A stretch of 64,000 nt of DNA, taken from assembly GCF_009914755.1 (NCBI RefSeq), contig NC_060940.1, one strand, 5' to 3'. The position numbers and the translations under genes are program-made. Under the pieces are notes generated by a model, which saw only the letters and a list, made by a program, of their open reading frames with translations, searched no databases and was not told the DNA's origin. How positions within the stretch are numbered: the stretch's first letter is position 1; each line of letters starts with the position of its first letter. This DNA comes from the human T2T-CHM13v2.0 reference genome, Homo sapiens. Positions 34,418-52,825 of this stretch are shown here, one piece after another.

Positions 34418-34837
34418 TGCGATGGTTGATTATATGTGTCAATTTTACTAGGCCATAGGGTGCCCAGGTTAAATGTTATTTCTGAATGTGCCTGTGAGGG
34501 AGGGTCATTCTGGATGAGATTAGCATTTGAATCAGTGGGCTCAATGAAGTAGGTGGCCCTACACAAGGTGGGTGGGTATCATCCAATCTTTTGAGGACCT
34601 GAATAGAACAAAAGGTGGAAGAAGGAGAAATTTCCCCCACTTTTTCCTGCTTCACTGCTTGAGCTGGGATATCTCATCTCATCCCCTTCTGACCTTGGAT
34701 ACAAATTTACACCATTTCCTCTAGGCCTTTAGATTCAGAATGAATTATATCACTGGATTTCTGTGTCTCCAGCTTGCCAATGACAGATCATGGGCCTTCT
34801 CAGACTTCATCGTTGCATTAGCCACTTCCTTATAATA

Positions 34838-34869
<32 letters not shown>

Positions 34870-34880
34870 CCTCTCTCTCT
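34418..34880 (+). mobile_element. MLT2B/D-like ERVL LTR ending in (CT)n and missing its 3' terminus
   Basis: TGCGATGGTTGATTATATGTGTCAA...GATGAGATTAGCATTTGAATCAGTGG...TTCCTTATAATA(TC)n. Confidence 0.88.
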
Positions 34881-36110
34881 TTCAGCTTTTTGCCTGAAGT
34901 CAGGCTTCAATCAGCCACCACACAGGTGACTAAAGCGGAGAAACCCTTAGCCTAAGAGGCACGAATAAGCAGAGGAGTTTAGGGTAACCACAGCAGCTGG
35001 AAAAAAAAGGAAGGGGGGAAATATGACAAAAGAGATGCATAGATGGAGAGCCCTAAATTCGGTGTATATACTGGCTGTCCCCTGACCTACACATTCTTAG
35101 GGAAGATTTCAAGAAGTGCAACATAAGGAGAAAAGAACCGAACTGAGATTTCAGTTGCTGCCCACCACAGAGGAGATAGAGTTTGGAGTTTGACTACACC
35201 CAAGTTAACTGCTCATTAAACAAACAAAAAAAGTCAATAATCTTCAAAAAATATAATGAATCCAGAGTCTTACAACATATCATTCCTAGTATCTAGGATA
35301 TTATCCAAAATTACTAGACATAGAAACACACAGGAAGACAAGATCCATACATAAGAGAGAAGGTCACCAATGGAGACTAACCCCAGGATGACCTGGATGC
35401 TGGAACTGGTAGACAGGATTTTTAATACAGCTACTATAACTGTGCTCAATGATATGAAGAAAATATGCTTGCAATGAATGACCAGATAGGAAATCTCAGC
35501 AGAGAAACAGAAACAATTAAAAAGAACCAACTGAAAATTTTAGAACCAAAAAATGGCATGTCTGGAAGATGCATCAGGAGAAACTAACCTAAAGAGTACA
35601 GAGAAAAAAAGATTTTAAAAATGAACAGATCCTGAGTGATCAGGGGGAAAATACAATAAGGTCTGATATACATGTAATTGGAATTCTAAAAAGAGGAGAG
35701 ATATGATGGAGCTGGGAAAAAATGTTTCAAGAAAGCAAAAAGGGATAAGAACAAAGTAAACCATAGTTAGCCACATCCCAGTCAACCTGCTGAAAACCAA
35801 AGACAAAGAGCAGCCAAAGGGAAATGACATCACATATAGGGAGCACTGCCACAAATGACTTCATCATTAGAAACCATAGAGGCAGGGAGATACTGGAAAC
35901 ATATATTTTAAATTCTGAAAGGAAAAAAAAACCTGTCAGTGCATAATTCTATACCCAGCAAAAATACCTTTCAAGAGTGAGACAAAATGAAAACACTTTC
36001 TATAAATAAACAGTAAGAGAATTTGTTGCTGCAAACCTGCATTACAAAAAGTGCTAAAGAAAGTTCTTCAGGCTGAAGGGAAACAACACTGGATAGAAAC
36101 TCCATTAAAC
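34881..36110 (+). mobile_element. Ancient L1M 5'/ORF1-region fragment
   Basis: A-rich; GGAAATCTCAGCAGAGAAACAGAAAC, ATTCTATACCCAGCAAAAATACCTTTCAA. Confidence 0.75.
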
Positions 36111-36186
36111 CTGCCACTAATAAGGTAAAAGATTTACAAATGAATATCCCTGTGGGCCCATTTCTTTGCCTATTCAGGTAGTAAAG

Positions 36187-36350
36187 TGTGAGGTAATCAC
36201 TAGTGCTGTTCACCAAAGATGTCTGGTTTTCCTTCTTTCAGGCATATGGTAGAATTGCCACTCCACTTACTGGGGTGGGGCATGGCCATATGATTGCTTT
36301 AGTAAATGAGACGTGGCAGAAACTTTATCAGAGGGTGCAATTTGCCTCAT
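36187..36350 (+). mobile_element. MLT1 (J/K/L-like) 5' part
   Basis: GGTAATCACTAGTGCTGTTCACCAAA...GGCATATGGTAGAATTGC...GGCCATATGATTGCTTT. Confidence 0.75.
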
Positions 36351-36389
36351 TACCTTTTTTTTTTTTTTTTTTCTGGCTTTAAAAATCAT

Positions 36390-36429
36390 TGTATTCGGGT
36401 TCTCCAGAGAAACAGAACCAATAAGAGAG
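36390..36429 (-). mobile_element. MLT2 3' terminus, inverted relative to the copy at 34418
   Basis: Reverse complement CTCTCTTATTGGTTCTGTTTCTCTGGAGAACCCGAATACA. Confidence 0.85.
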
Positions 36430-37010
36430 TTGGGGCTCGGAAACCAATACCCCCAAAATATGGCATTTTGACCTGTTGACCTGAAGAAGAATCCCCCAGG
36501 TCTCTCTGACCTCTGCCTACTCCTGTTTCAATTCTCTGTCTCTCCCAAAGTACAGGATGAAATGGTTCTCTGAAGTTCTCTTATCTGCCTAATGTCTGGA
36601 CCTGCCAAAGAAGAAAACAGTTACCTCTGGTCACTTTCCTGATCATTAACTAAAGTCACATCTCAGGAAGAAAGACTGAAATCTGTCAACACACCTGGAC
36701 AGACTTGTTGCAAATTATTGTCTGTTCTTTTGGCCCAGCAGACTTTGTTTCAGGCCACTGTATGTTCTTCAAGCCCATTGAATTCCCCTAAAAATCATTT
36801 AGTATCCCCCTAAGATCATCCATACTTCCCTATCTTCCTCTCCCCTAAGAAGAAGGGTATATGCCATCTGTACCCCATTGTGTGGTGGGGCAATGACTCT
36901 GTGATTCTCCCCTGCGCATGTTAATGCATTTGTATGCCTTTTTTTCTATCAATCTGCCTTTTGTCAGTTGATTTTCAGTGAACCTTCAGAGGGCAAATGT
37001 GAAGTTTTCT
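36429..37010 (+). mobile_element. MER34/39-group ERV1 LTR (LTR48/49-like)
   Basis: GTTGGGGCTCGGAAACCAATACCCCCAAAATATGGC...GATTTTCAGTGAACCTTCAGAGGGCAA. Confidence 0.75.
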
Positions 37011-37704
37011 TCTATTTTGTAAAAATCTTCTTCACGTATCTTTGGTTCTAGCTGTGTCCCTTCAGAATATCCACAGTGAATCATTCATTTGAGTCTTCCA
37101 TACTGGGGAGAAATCTGGCCTTGAGAACCTCTCTATGTGAATCACATGGACCTTCCATCAGCTCTGGACCCTTCTTCTGTGAAGGACAGAATACCCCCAA
37201 GTTTGCTGCCTGAAGTCTCCTGATTCTGAATACATTTTTTTGCATAAGTCTCTGGGCCTGCAATATCTTTCTTCCTGTTTATTCAGTTCAAGTCACTACC
37301 TGACTTCCAAAGTTATGCTCCCTCTAGCATCATTGGGTCCACTGTGACAATAGTCTTGAAAACTTACCACTTTATCACTATGGAAATAAAAATGGAAAAT
37401 GAAAATAAATGAATCATATTTTCAAGGTGGAAGTGGTCCAATATTCTCATATTCACATTGAGGTGCAAGATCCAAGGAAGCTGGCCTAATTATGGACATG
37501 CACTTAGTTAGCAGTGAACCTCAATCAGTGGACTCAGCTGTTTCAAACTCTTTTTATATGGTTTGAATTCACATGTTTCTACTGTCACCCAAGAATCTTA
37601 TATGAAAGAGCTTTTTAACATCCAAACAGCTTCAGTGCTTCAAAGAGGAGGCATGTGAGGACATATGTAAAGCTCTTCCGTAGTTCTTTTTTGTTTTTGT
37701 TTTT

Positions 37705-39922
<2,218 letters not shown>

Positions 39923-40512
39923 AGTTGATTCCAATAACAAAAACAATGACAATAACAAGACTGACCCAAAGTGGGATGTTAATTGCCTCAAAAGCAGTCA
40001 TTTGGTATCAACCTGAGTTTTGTGGTAATGTTTTATTTGGCATGTAAAGATCCTTTTATGCAAATCATTTCCATGGACCCATAATATAAAAACATAAGTA
40101 TTTCCAATTACTTTATCAGTGTAGCTATTCCAAATGAAATGTCTGCAGTAGCAACAGAGCAGACTGCATATGTCAGTCCTGACTGGAGACTAGCAGGCAG
40201 CAACCACTCCTCAAGCTGCTTCTCCTGACATCTTGCTTGACTCAAAGCCAGGAATGATCAACAAAGGCGTTTTTCCATCCCGTGGGAGTCTAGTAATGGT
40301 GTTCTATAGAAGAAGCAGCGGAGACTACTGCTGCTAATGACTGTAGACATGTTGAACATTAGAATTTGTAGCAGGAGTTGCCCTGCCATAGCAAGAAATG
40401 ACAATGAGCAGACCAAGACGGTCATGCTCCAGGCAGGTGGACTCCAGTGAAACATGACTCAGGAGACCTTTGGGAAAGGGGACTGGCAGCCTTGTTTTAG
40501 AGATACCACTTC

Positions 40513-40830
40513 AGGCTGGGCGCACTGGCTTACATCTGTAATCCCAGCATTTTGGGAGACCAAGGCAGATGGATCACCTGAGGTCAGGAGGTCAAGACCA
40601 GCCTGGCCAACATGGCAAAACCCCATCTCTACTAAAAATACAAAAAAAAAAAAAAAAATTAACAGGGTGTGGTGGCAGGCGCTTGTAATCCCAGCTACTT
40701 AGGAGGCTGAGGCAGGAGAATTGCTTGAACCCAGGGGTGGAGCTTGCAGTGAGCCGAGATCACACCATTGTACTCCAGCCTGGGTGACAGAGTGAGCTCT
40801 GTCTCAAAAAAATAAAACAACAACAAGAAA
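40513..40830 (+). mobile_element. AluS
   Basis: TSD AGAGATACCACTTCA. Confidence 0.95.
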
Positions 40831-40899
40831 AAGAGATACCACTTCATTCTGTTGATCTGAGGCCTGTGTGTTTGTCAGCCAATATGCTCAGATGGGCAG

Positions 40900-41090
40900 G
40901 TAACTGCAAAGGAACTGAAAGGAAATGGGGGACTTCTTGAGGGCTACGCCAGGAGTTGTCATAGCATCACTTCCACTGTATTCTCTTGGTCAGAGCAGCC
41001 ACACAGCACAGATTCAAGGCGGAGGGAACGCAGATCCCACCTCTTGTCGGGTGCAGTGACAAATAATTTGTGGCCATGTGTAATCCACTG
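40900..41090 (-). mobile_element. MLT1 fragment
   Basis: CATCACTTCCACTGTATTCTCTTGGTCA...CAGATTCAAGG...CCACCTCTTG. Confidence 0.65.
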
Positions 41091-41129
41091 CCTGCAGAAA
41101 TTCTTTTATTCTTTTCTTTTTTTACCTAT

Positions 41130-43200
<2,071 letters not shown>

Positions 43201-43249
43201 CATGTGTACAGGCTGAGTAAACTCCTACTGTTGTGCATAGCTTCAGAGA

Positions 43250-43408
43250 AGTCCTAGTGTAGAAAGCAAAGTACACAGTATGCACCTGAGGCAAGATGTT
43301 GTTAGAGTGAAGTAAATGGACACTTTTGCAGAACTGGCCACCAAACCCACAGCAGGAATCTGAGATGTGGCAGAGGGGATGAAGTAGGCCCCTGGCAGTA
43401 CCTAACAT
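43250..43408 (-). mobile_element. LTR16-like LTR 5' fragment
   Basis: Reverse complement TGTTAGGTACTGCCAGGGGCCTACTTCATCCCCTC. Confidence 0.5.
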
Positions 43409-43432
43409 ATCCCCCATCTCCTTCGGTTCTAT

Positions 43433-44541
43433 TGTTGCGGGATCTTTGGGTGTTGCTTTTCTGGCTGGAAACCTCTGTGGCTGGTGGTGCCTTTGCCCAA
43501 GTTCTTGTTTTGTGTCTAGGAAGAATGAAGTATGCAGACAAGTGGAGGGTGAGCAAGACGAAGAGGAGCTTTATTGAGGTTAAAACAGCCCAGAGGAGAC
43601 CTGCAGTGGGTAGCTCCTCTCTGTAGGCAGGTCGTCCTGTCAAGTGTTCAGCTCTCAGCAGAGAGGAGGTCTGGAGTGGGTGGCTCCTCTCTGCAGACAG
43701 GTCATCCCAACAAGTGTTCAGCTCTCAGCAGAGAGGGTAGCTCCTCTCTGTAGCTGGTCATTCTGATGTCAGCTGCTCCCAGGAGAGAGGAGGCCCTGGA
43801 GAGGGTAACTCCTCTCTGTAGCTGGTCATCCCAATGTCTGTTCTGCTCTGGCTGAGTCTGGAAACTTCATGGTCTTCAGAGGAGGGAGGTGCGTGCTGCC
43901 ATCGGTGGGCCCAGGAAAAAGCAACAGAGTTCCCTCTTCAGTCTGCAGGAATGGCAGCCCGGCCTCCAGGCTTCAGGCCTTCCCCCTGAAGGTGGGGCTT
44001 CAGTGGGCACCTGCCCCCTTCTGCCCAAGAGCCTGTCTGCCTCCTGCTGCAGTCCATGGTACCTAGGCTGCTTGGGCCAAGAGGCACCTGCAGGCCACCG
44101 CTGACCTGCCTTCAGCACTCCCAACCCCCAGCTTCCCTCCCATGCTTGTTGGTACCCAGAGTCCAGACGGGGCTGAGGCAGCAGGGGGCTAGCATGTCAG
44201 CACTGCCCTGAGCATGTGTCCACCTGGCCAGGCTGCGACAATACCTGGGCTCAGCCGTACCCTTGCTCCACAATCAGAGCGAGCTCCGTGAGCAGGGAGA
44301 GGCCAGGCAGTGGCAGCAGGCACTTCTGAGCCCATAAGGGGTAGGGGGACCTTCTGGGGCCCCCAAGAGCACCAACATGCCCTGGTCCACAGCTGGACTT
44401 AGGCAGCTGCAGCAGCACCCAGGGAGGGCAGGGCTCCTGCCTGCTGTGCTTTGCTCTGTGGTGCAGGAGCCTGGGCCGTGCCACCCTGCTGCAGCCGGCA
44501 TCTCGGCAGCAGCCACTCTAGATGGGTTGCTGCTTTCATCA
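43433..44541 (-). mobile_element. MER52 ERV1 solo LTR
   Basis: TG...CA ends; 4-bp TSD CTAT (43429-43432, 44542-44545); internal GTAGCTCCTCTCTG repeats at 43610-43830. Confidence 0.88.
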
Positions 44542-45021
44542 CTATTATCCAAAACTGATTTAGATTCTCTGCCCTCATTCTCTTACAGGTTTTGGAGGAA
44601 ACACAATGATCAGAGTGGGAAGCAGAGCGAGAGATCTTGACAGATCTTTAGGACCACATGACAGTATCTAGACCGCACCCTCTGTTAAAACACTTGACAT
44701 TGAGTTTTACTTTGCTGTTTGTGGCTCCCTGCTTTTAGGGCTATTCTTTCTATACATATGCCCAGTTTACCCCTTTCTGTATCCCTATAAAATGATTTCA
44801 AAGCTTCAAATTGTACTTTTTAAAGTTCCTATGAATTTTTTTAAATTGAACAATCTGTTCCATTTATTGTATATCATTATATTTATCAGTATATTATTAT
44901 ATATTATCCAATATAAGCCAATGAATATTCAGAGGGTTCTTGACATCAATGTCCAACTCTCCAATTCCTCATTCTTAAGAAACTGATATCACTGCTGTTT
45001 GTTTGGTTGGCTAAAAAACTA

Positions 45022-45351
<330 letters not shown>

Positions 45352-45749
45352 CTAAACCTGTGTTACCAGGAGATTGGTTATGCATCTTCCTTTAGTGTAT
45401 CTCACGTTGGCCTCAGTGTATTCAATGTATGCTAGAATGTGTCCTGCTTTCAGGGCTTAATTGCTGAGTCCTCAGTTGATATTTTAATTAATGCATCACT
45501 GTTTTACTTCCTCCCCCTTACCTGCCCCGTGTGTTCCCTCCACCCTTCCAAACCATTGTTAGCACTCTTATATGCATCCTTCCATACATGTCTCCATGCT
45601 CATACAACCATCTTTCATTTATGTGTACATGGTGTCTGGCAGTCTTCCCATTCCTCCTTGCTAGCAGAATCCTGATTTGGAATGCAATGTGCTTAGCCCT
45701 GGCAATGGGTCATGACTGGGTTCAAGTCAGTAATGATAATTTGTACCCC

Positions 45750-46147
45750 ATATTTCCTGGCCTATTCTGCAGCTAGTGGTAGCCATGTGACCCAGTTTTG
45801 GCCAATGAAATATCAGTGGAAGTTAGCTGAGTGGACATTTTTGCTGACTCATTTAGCAGGGTCTCTTGCCCTTCGCTCTTCTTCCTGCCTAGAATGCATA
45901 GATGATGCTTAGTTGGTGCTGCAGGCAGCGTGTAACCATGAAAGGACAAACCAATACATTAAGGATGGTGGAGTCAAAATACAAAAAGAATCTGAGTCTT
46001 TCAGGGTCCTACTGAGCTGCTGAACCAGTAGCAGAAACAGAAGAAATCTTTAGGGTACCAATAATAGGAAAAAACCCCTATTTGTTCATACCACTGTTAG
46101 TGTGGTTTACTATTATTTTGTATCCAAAAGCACTTATAACTGATACA
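45750..46147 (+). mobile_element. MLT1J/I-like LTR
   Basis: GCCATGTGACCCAGTTTTGGCCAATGA...TAACTGATACA. Confidence 0.7.
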
Positions 46148-46382
46148 AAATGCATATGAATGCACACACACAAGTTTTCTGGTGTTCAGTTTACAAAAAT
46201 ACAGCCATATTACTCTTATTATATTTTTATATATTTGTCTCTATAGTACCTTGCTTCAGATTATAATTTGTAATGGAAATCTCTCCAAGTCAGTGAGTAT
46301 AGCTCTAATTTATTATTTAAACAATGTTTTATTGATTGTCTTGGATAGGTAATACCAGAACATGGTTTAAAATTCAAAATGT

Positions 46383-47575
46383 ATAAATGGAAAGTGGTGC
46401 GGCCACTTTGGAAAACTGTTTGGCAGCTCCTTAGAAATTTAAACATAGAGTTACCATATAATCCAGAAATTTTATGTGTAGGTATATACCCAAGAGTAAT
46501 GAAAACACATTACTTCACACAAAAATTTGTATAAAATGTTTATCAGTTTCATTAATAACGCCCAAAAAGTAGAAAAACTTAAAATATCTATCCACTGATG
46601 AACGGATAAACAGGTTGTGGTATATTCATATAATGGAATATTATTAAACAATAAAAAAGAATGAAATACTGATGAATGCTACAGTATAAATGAACAATGA
46701 AAACATTATGCTAAGTGTGATGGTTAATATTGAGTGTCAACTGGATTGGATTGATGGATGCCAAATATTGTTCCTGGGTGTGTCTGTGAGGGTGTTGCCA
46801 AAGGAGATTAACATTTGAGTTGGTGGACTGGGAGAAGCAGACCCACCCTCAGTCTGGGTGGGCACCATCTAATCAGCTGCCAGTGCAGCTAGAATAAAGC
46901 AGGCAGAGGAACGTGGAAGGACTAGACTGGCTAAGTCTTCTGGCCTCCATCTTTCTCCCATGCTGGATGCTTCCTGCCCTGGAACATTGAGCTCCAAGTT
47001 CTTAAGCTTTTGGACTCTTGGAGCTACACCGCACCAGTGATTTTCCAGGGGCCCTCGGGCCTTCCGCCACAGACTGAAGGCTGCACTTTCAGCTTCCCTA
47101 CTTTTGGGGTTTTGGGACTCAGACTCGCTTCCTTGCTCCTCAGCTTGCAGACGGCCTACTGTGGGACTTCACCTTGTGATCGTGTGAGTCAATACTCCTT
47201 AATAAACTCCCCTTCCTATATACATCTATCCTGTTAGTTCTGTGCCTTTAGAGAACCCTGACTAAGACACTAAGTACAAGAATTCAGTCACAAAAACCAC
47301 ATACTGTATAATTCTATTCATGTGAAATGTCCAGAATAGGCGAATCCATACAGACAGAAAGATTAGTGGCTACCTGGGGCTGGGGGTTGGGAGTTGGGAA
47401 TGGAGAATGACTGCTAATGTGTTTGTGGTTTCTTTTTGGATTGTTGAAAATGTTCTAAAATTAGATTTTGGTAATGGTTGCGAAAGTCTGTGAATACATT
47501 AAAAACCACTGAACTGTACATTTAAATGGGTGGATTTTATGGTATGTGAAATATATCTCAATAAAGCTGTAAAAA
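46383..47575 (+). mobile_element. L1MB 3' end interrupted by MLT2A
   Basis: CCACTTTGGAAAACTGTTTGGCAG...AAAACCACTGAACTGTACA...CTCAATAAAGCTG. Confidence 0.85.
46716..47269 (+). mobile_element. MLT2A solo LTR (HERVL)
   Basis: TGTGATGGTTAATATTGAGTGTCAAC...GAGAACCCTGACTAAGACA; perfect TSD CTAAG. Confidence 0.92.
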
Positions 47576-47795
47576 AGGTTTAAATGGAAATGCAGTAAAA
47601 AGTAAGTTTCTCTTCTACCTCTTCCCCTACCTACCCAGTTCCCTTTTCCAGAGGCGATCACTTACCAACTTCTTGGTATGCTTTCAGAAGTATTTTATTT
47701 ATATTCACGCACATGCTCATAGGTGGTTTTACGTACTTTCTTACATATACCATTCACCATTTTTTCCCTTACTTTTTCACTTAAAAATATATCTT

Positions 47796-48025
47796 GGAGA
47801 CACACACAGACAGAGAGGAGAACGCCCTGTGAAGATGGAGGTCAATTGGAGTGATGGCTCTAAATCAAGGAGTGCAAAGGACTTACCAGTAAGCATCAGA
47901 GCTGGAAGACAGGCCTGGAACAGATCCTCCCCTCGGCCTTCAGAGGGAACGGCCCCGTGACACCTTGATGTTGTACGTCTAGCCTCCAGAATTGTGAGAG
48001 AATAAATTTCTGTCATTTAAAGCCA
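47796..48025 (+). mobile_element. MLT1B/C fragment
   Basis: TGTGAAGATGGAGG...CTAGCCTCCAGAATTGTGAGAGAATAAATTTCTG. Confidence 0.8.
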
Positions 48026-48295
48026 AACAACAAGCAGACAAAAATGTATCTTAAATATTATTCCATATCAGCACATTTAAGGTGGATATCTTCAATAGCT
48101 GCATAGTTTCATGATTGTTACATAATTTATTTGATGAGTTCCTTATTGGATATTTGGGGTGTTTCCAATGTTTGCTTTTTCAAACAATGCTGAAATAATA
48201 ACCTTGTCCATGCATAATTTCTTACCTTGGCAAGTATACTTTCAGGACAAACTCTTGGAGGTAGAATTGTTGGATTAAAAGATAATTATATTTCT

Positions 48296-48596
48296 AGGCT
48301 GGGCGTGGTGGCTCACGCCTATAATCCCAGCACTTTGGGAGGCTGAGGCGGACAGATCACTTGAGGTCACGAGTTTGAGACCAGCCTGGCCAACATGGTG
48401 AAACCCCTTCTCTATCAAAAATACAAAATTTAGCCAGGCGTGGTGGTTCATGCCTGTAATCCCACCCTACTCGGGAGGTTGAGGCAGGAGAATCACTTGA
48501 ATCCAGGAGGCAGGGGTTGCAGTGAGCTGAGGTTGTGCTACTGCACTCTAGCCTGGGCGAAGAGTGAGACTCTGTCTCAAAAAAAAAGAAAAAAAG
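48296..48596 (+). mobile_element. AluS
   Basis: Complete dimer. Confidence 0.93.
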
Positions 48597-49889
48597 TTAA
48601 TTGTATTTATTATTTTAATTGTCAAATTGATCTCCATAGTGTTTGTAGGAAATTACCCTTCCACCAGCAATGTATGAGTATTCCTGTTTGCCCACTGCTG
48701 TGCGAATACCATATGTCATATAATTTTTGATCCTGTCAGTCAGGTAGTTGAAAATTCTATATCATTGTGGATTTAATTTGTATTTTTCTTATTAGGAGCA
48801 TGTTAAGCATCTTTTGTATATTTTCATAACATCGATCATTATCATCATACTCAATAGTATTAATGTCACATTAACTTCATTAAGTCATTTGAATTTTCTT
48901 TTCTGAACTTTTTTTCATATCCTTTACCCATTTTTCTGTGAGTTGTTGCTCTTTTTCTTATTGTTTTCTTTAGGAGCTCACTACATATTAAGAAAATTAG
49001 GTTTTGTTCCAATTTTAGCAAATATTTTATCAAGATTTTTGTTTTTTGACTTTATAATTTCTTTTTTTTTGCCATGAAGAAGATTTCATTTTTGTGCAGT
49101 CAAATTTAATACTATTTTCCTTTATTGCTTCTGGATTTTTTCTTATACTTAAGTCATCCTCACTTGAGACTGTAAAGAATTATGTTTATTTCTAGGGCTT
49201 TTATGGTTTCATTTTTTACATACAAATCTTTATAAAATTTATTTTGCGTTGTTATGGGGTAGAGATCAAATTTGTTTTTTTCTAGGTGTCTTTTTAATGG
49301 TTCCAGCACCATTATTGGGTAGTCTACTTCTCCCCACTAATTTGATATGCCACTTTTCCAATTTCCTGTATGCATTTGCATCTGTTTCTAGACTTTCTGG
49401 GCCACGCAGTTTGCATTCCTAAAATAAACACCTCTTAATCATAATGTATTCTATTTTTAGTGAGGTGTTCAATTCTATTTGTTAATATTTTACTTAGGAT
49501 TTCTGCTTCAATATTCACAAATGAGTTTAGTCTATAGATTTATTTTGTGTATGTATGTGTAGTGTTTATTGGGTTTTCAAATCAATGATATAGTCATTTT
49601 ATTAAAAGGTTATAGAATCTAGCCTGAACAACATAGTGAGATACTTGTCTCTTAAAAATATCTATCTGTTGTTTAAAAGCCTGTTAGAATTCCCCTAAAA
49701 AATCATCTGGGCCTGGTGTTTTTTTGGGATTATCTCATTAATATCTTTCTATCTTCCATGGAAACTGATCTTTTAGATTTTCTATCTCTTTTAGGGTCAG
49801 TTTTGGTAAGCTGTATAGAACTGTATAACTGAGACATATGATATTTTAGAATATCCTCTGATTCAATGGTTACTCTCCTATTATCATGT

Positions 49890-50251
<362 letters not shown>

Positions 50252-50499
50252 TAGATCTATTATTTTGATTATTTAAAAGAATTTTTTTTTAGTTATAAGT
50301 TCTATTATGTGCTTTTTAACTCAATTAACTTCGATTTTTTATTACTTTCTTCTCTCCACTTTCATTGGATTTACTTTTTGTTCTTTTTCTGACTTTTGAG
50401 ATAGATGCTTAATTCATCTATTGTCACACTTTCATGTTTATTTTTATAAATATTCTATGTATTTTCTTTTAACCTTTGCTTTTTAAAGTTTTAATGTTT

Positions 50500-50622
50500 A
50501 ATTTTTTGAGATGGGGTCTCACTGTGTTGCCCAGGCTGGTCTCAAACTCCTGGGCTCAAGTGATCCTCCTGCCTCAGCCTCCTGAGTAGCTGGAATTATA
50601 GGCACACACCACCACACTCAGC
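50500..50622 (-). mobile_element. FLAM / Alu monomer
   Basis: GAGATGGGGTCTCACTGTGTTGCCCAGGCTGGTCTCAAACTCC... Confidence 0.85.
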
Positions 50623-52039
50623 TGAAACCTATGCTTTAACCATATGTCAAGATTCTGATATGTATAATCATTATCTTTGAAAGAAATTATACAATTTCAC
50701 ATCTTTGACTAAAGAGTTGCTTAATAATTTAAAAAATTTCCAGATGGAAAAGACTTCTCACCTTTTAACTTAATTTTATTGCATTGTGATAAAACGATGT
50801 TTGCTTTATTTCTACTTAATTGAAATTATTAAAGTTTTCTTGATTACCTCATATATGACTAATTTTCATGTATTTGAAAAGCAAATATATTCTCTTTGAT
50901 AAGGCTGAAGAGTTCAATATATAGCCATAAGATCTACTTTGGGGTTATGTTGCTTATGTTTTTTATTCTTTTTTATTTCCCCATTTGCCCTGTCTTGAAC
51001 TGAGGGTGGATCTTAGTCTTCCCTAATTAATGTACTTCCACGTGTTTCTCTTCTTATCACCTGTATTTATACTTTATGAAGGTTGCTGCTGTGTTGATGC
51101 ATAATTATTAATTATGGTGTGTTATTTGATGCATAATTATTAATAACTTTAATATTTTCACTATGAATTATGGACTTTAGTAGTATAAAGTATCCTTCTT
51201 TGTCTCATTAAGGACTTTTTTTCATCCATGAATATTTCAACTTGTCAGATATCAAGTTCACAATACCTGCTTTCTTTATGTGTTTTTGCCTGGTATAATT
51301 TTATACTTCCTTTTAATTGTATTTATCTTTGTTTTGGGAATGTCTCTTAGAGTACAAAGTTGGATTTTGTCTTGTAAGCCAATCTGAAAATCTTTTTTCT
51401 TCTCATAAGTTAGTTAAGACCATTTACATTTATTGCTACAAATTAAATGCCTGGTCTTAGATATGTTCTATTATTCTATGTTATATTTACTATGCATGTT
51501 AAATTTACCATGTGTTTTTCACTCTGTAGTCTGGGTTTTTTTTTCCTTTGCTTCTTTTAATTGAAAAAAATTTTGGTGACTAGAATGATTTGTGTTTTTG
51601 TCTTAGTAATTATCATTCCACTAATGTATTTATATAATGCTGACATTTTCTTTACTTAGGCTCCTATGATATGGTTTGTCTGCTTTAAATGAGACATTTG
51701 ACTCTCACCTATGGTTTATGTGAAATCAGTGAATATATTCAATTTCCCATTTCTTTTTTCTTTTCCCCTCATTTAAAAATTTATGTTGTTTCTACTTTGT
51801 CAGAGTACACAACTACAATCTTTTCTTTCACCCTTACCCCCATCTTTGATTTGTTTAAGATCTATAGTTAAAATAGTCAATGCTCGCTACCAGACCAGTC
51901 CTTTTAAGTTTCCTCATTCATCTCTTAGTTGGATGAAGTTCAACCTCTAGTGAATGTTGTAGGAAGGACTTATTAGAACAATATACACTGAATTTTTTCA
52001 TGTTTCAATTTTTTTAAAAAAATTATTTTTCTATGGCTA

Positions 52040-52825
52040 AGCACATGACAAGATGCTCAACATCATTAGTCATTAGGGAACTACAAATCAAAATCACATG
52101 AGATACCACTTCACACGCATAACAATGACTATTTTTTAAAAAACAGAAAATAAGTGCTGCAAGCACGTGTTGAAATTGGAACTCTCATACATTGCTAGTG
52201 GGAATGTAAGATGGTTTAATTCCTATGGAAAACAGTTTGGTGGTTCCTCAAAAAGTTAAATATAGAATTGTCACGTGACCCAGAAATTCCATTTCTAGAT
52301 ATATACCCCTAAGAGTTGAAAACAGGTACTTAACCAAATCATTGTACTCAAATTTTCATAGCAGCACTATTCATAATAGCCTAAAGGCAGAAACAACCCA
52401 AATGTTCATTAGTGTGTGAATAAACAGATTGTGGTATATTCATACAATGGAATATTATTCAGCCATAAAAAGGAATGAAGTGCTATTACATGCTACAATG
52501 TGGATGAACTTTGAAAACGCTATGCTAAGTGAAAGAAACCAGAGGTCATATATTGAATGATTCATGTGTATGAAATTTCTAGAATAGATAAATAGAGAAA
52601 AACAGGTAACAGGTTGGTAATTACCAAGGGCCGAAGGGAGAGGAGATAGGCAGTACATGCTTAATGTTTATGGGGTTTCATTTTGAAGTGATGAAAATGT
52701 TTTGGAACTAGATAGATACACGTGAAGTTTGCACAACATTGTGAATGAAGTCGATGCCACCAAATTGATTTTAAAAGCTGTTTTAAAATAGTTAATTTTA
52801 TGTTACCTGAACTTCATAACAAAAA
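52040..52825 (+). mobile_element. L1MB 3' end
   Basis: GATGCTCAACATCATTAGTCATTAGGGAA...TATTCAGCCATAAAAAGGAATGAAG. Confidence 0.88.

Noticed and set aside
43610-43830. Regularly spaced direct repeats (array-like)
   Set aside because: Internal tandem repeats of MER52; not CRISPR, and the context is eukaryotic.
44555-44595. Good-looking splice acceptor (similar ones at ~18012, ~31070, ~57377)
   Set aside because: No convincing partner donor, frame or transcript evidence; such motifs are common by chance.
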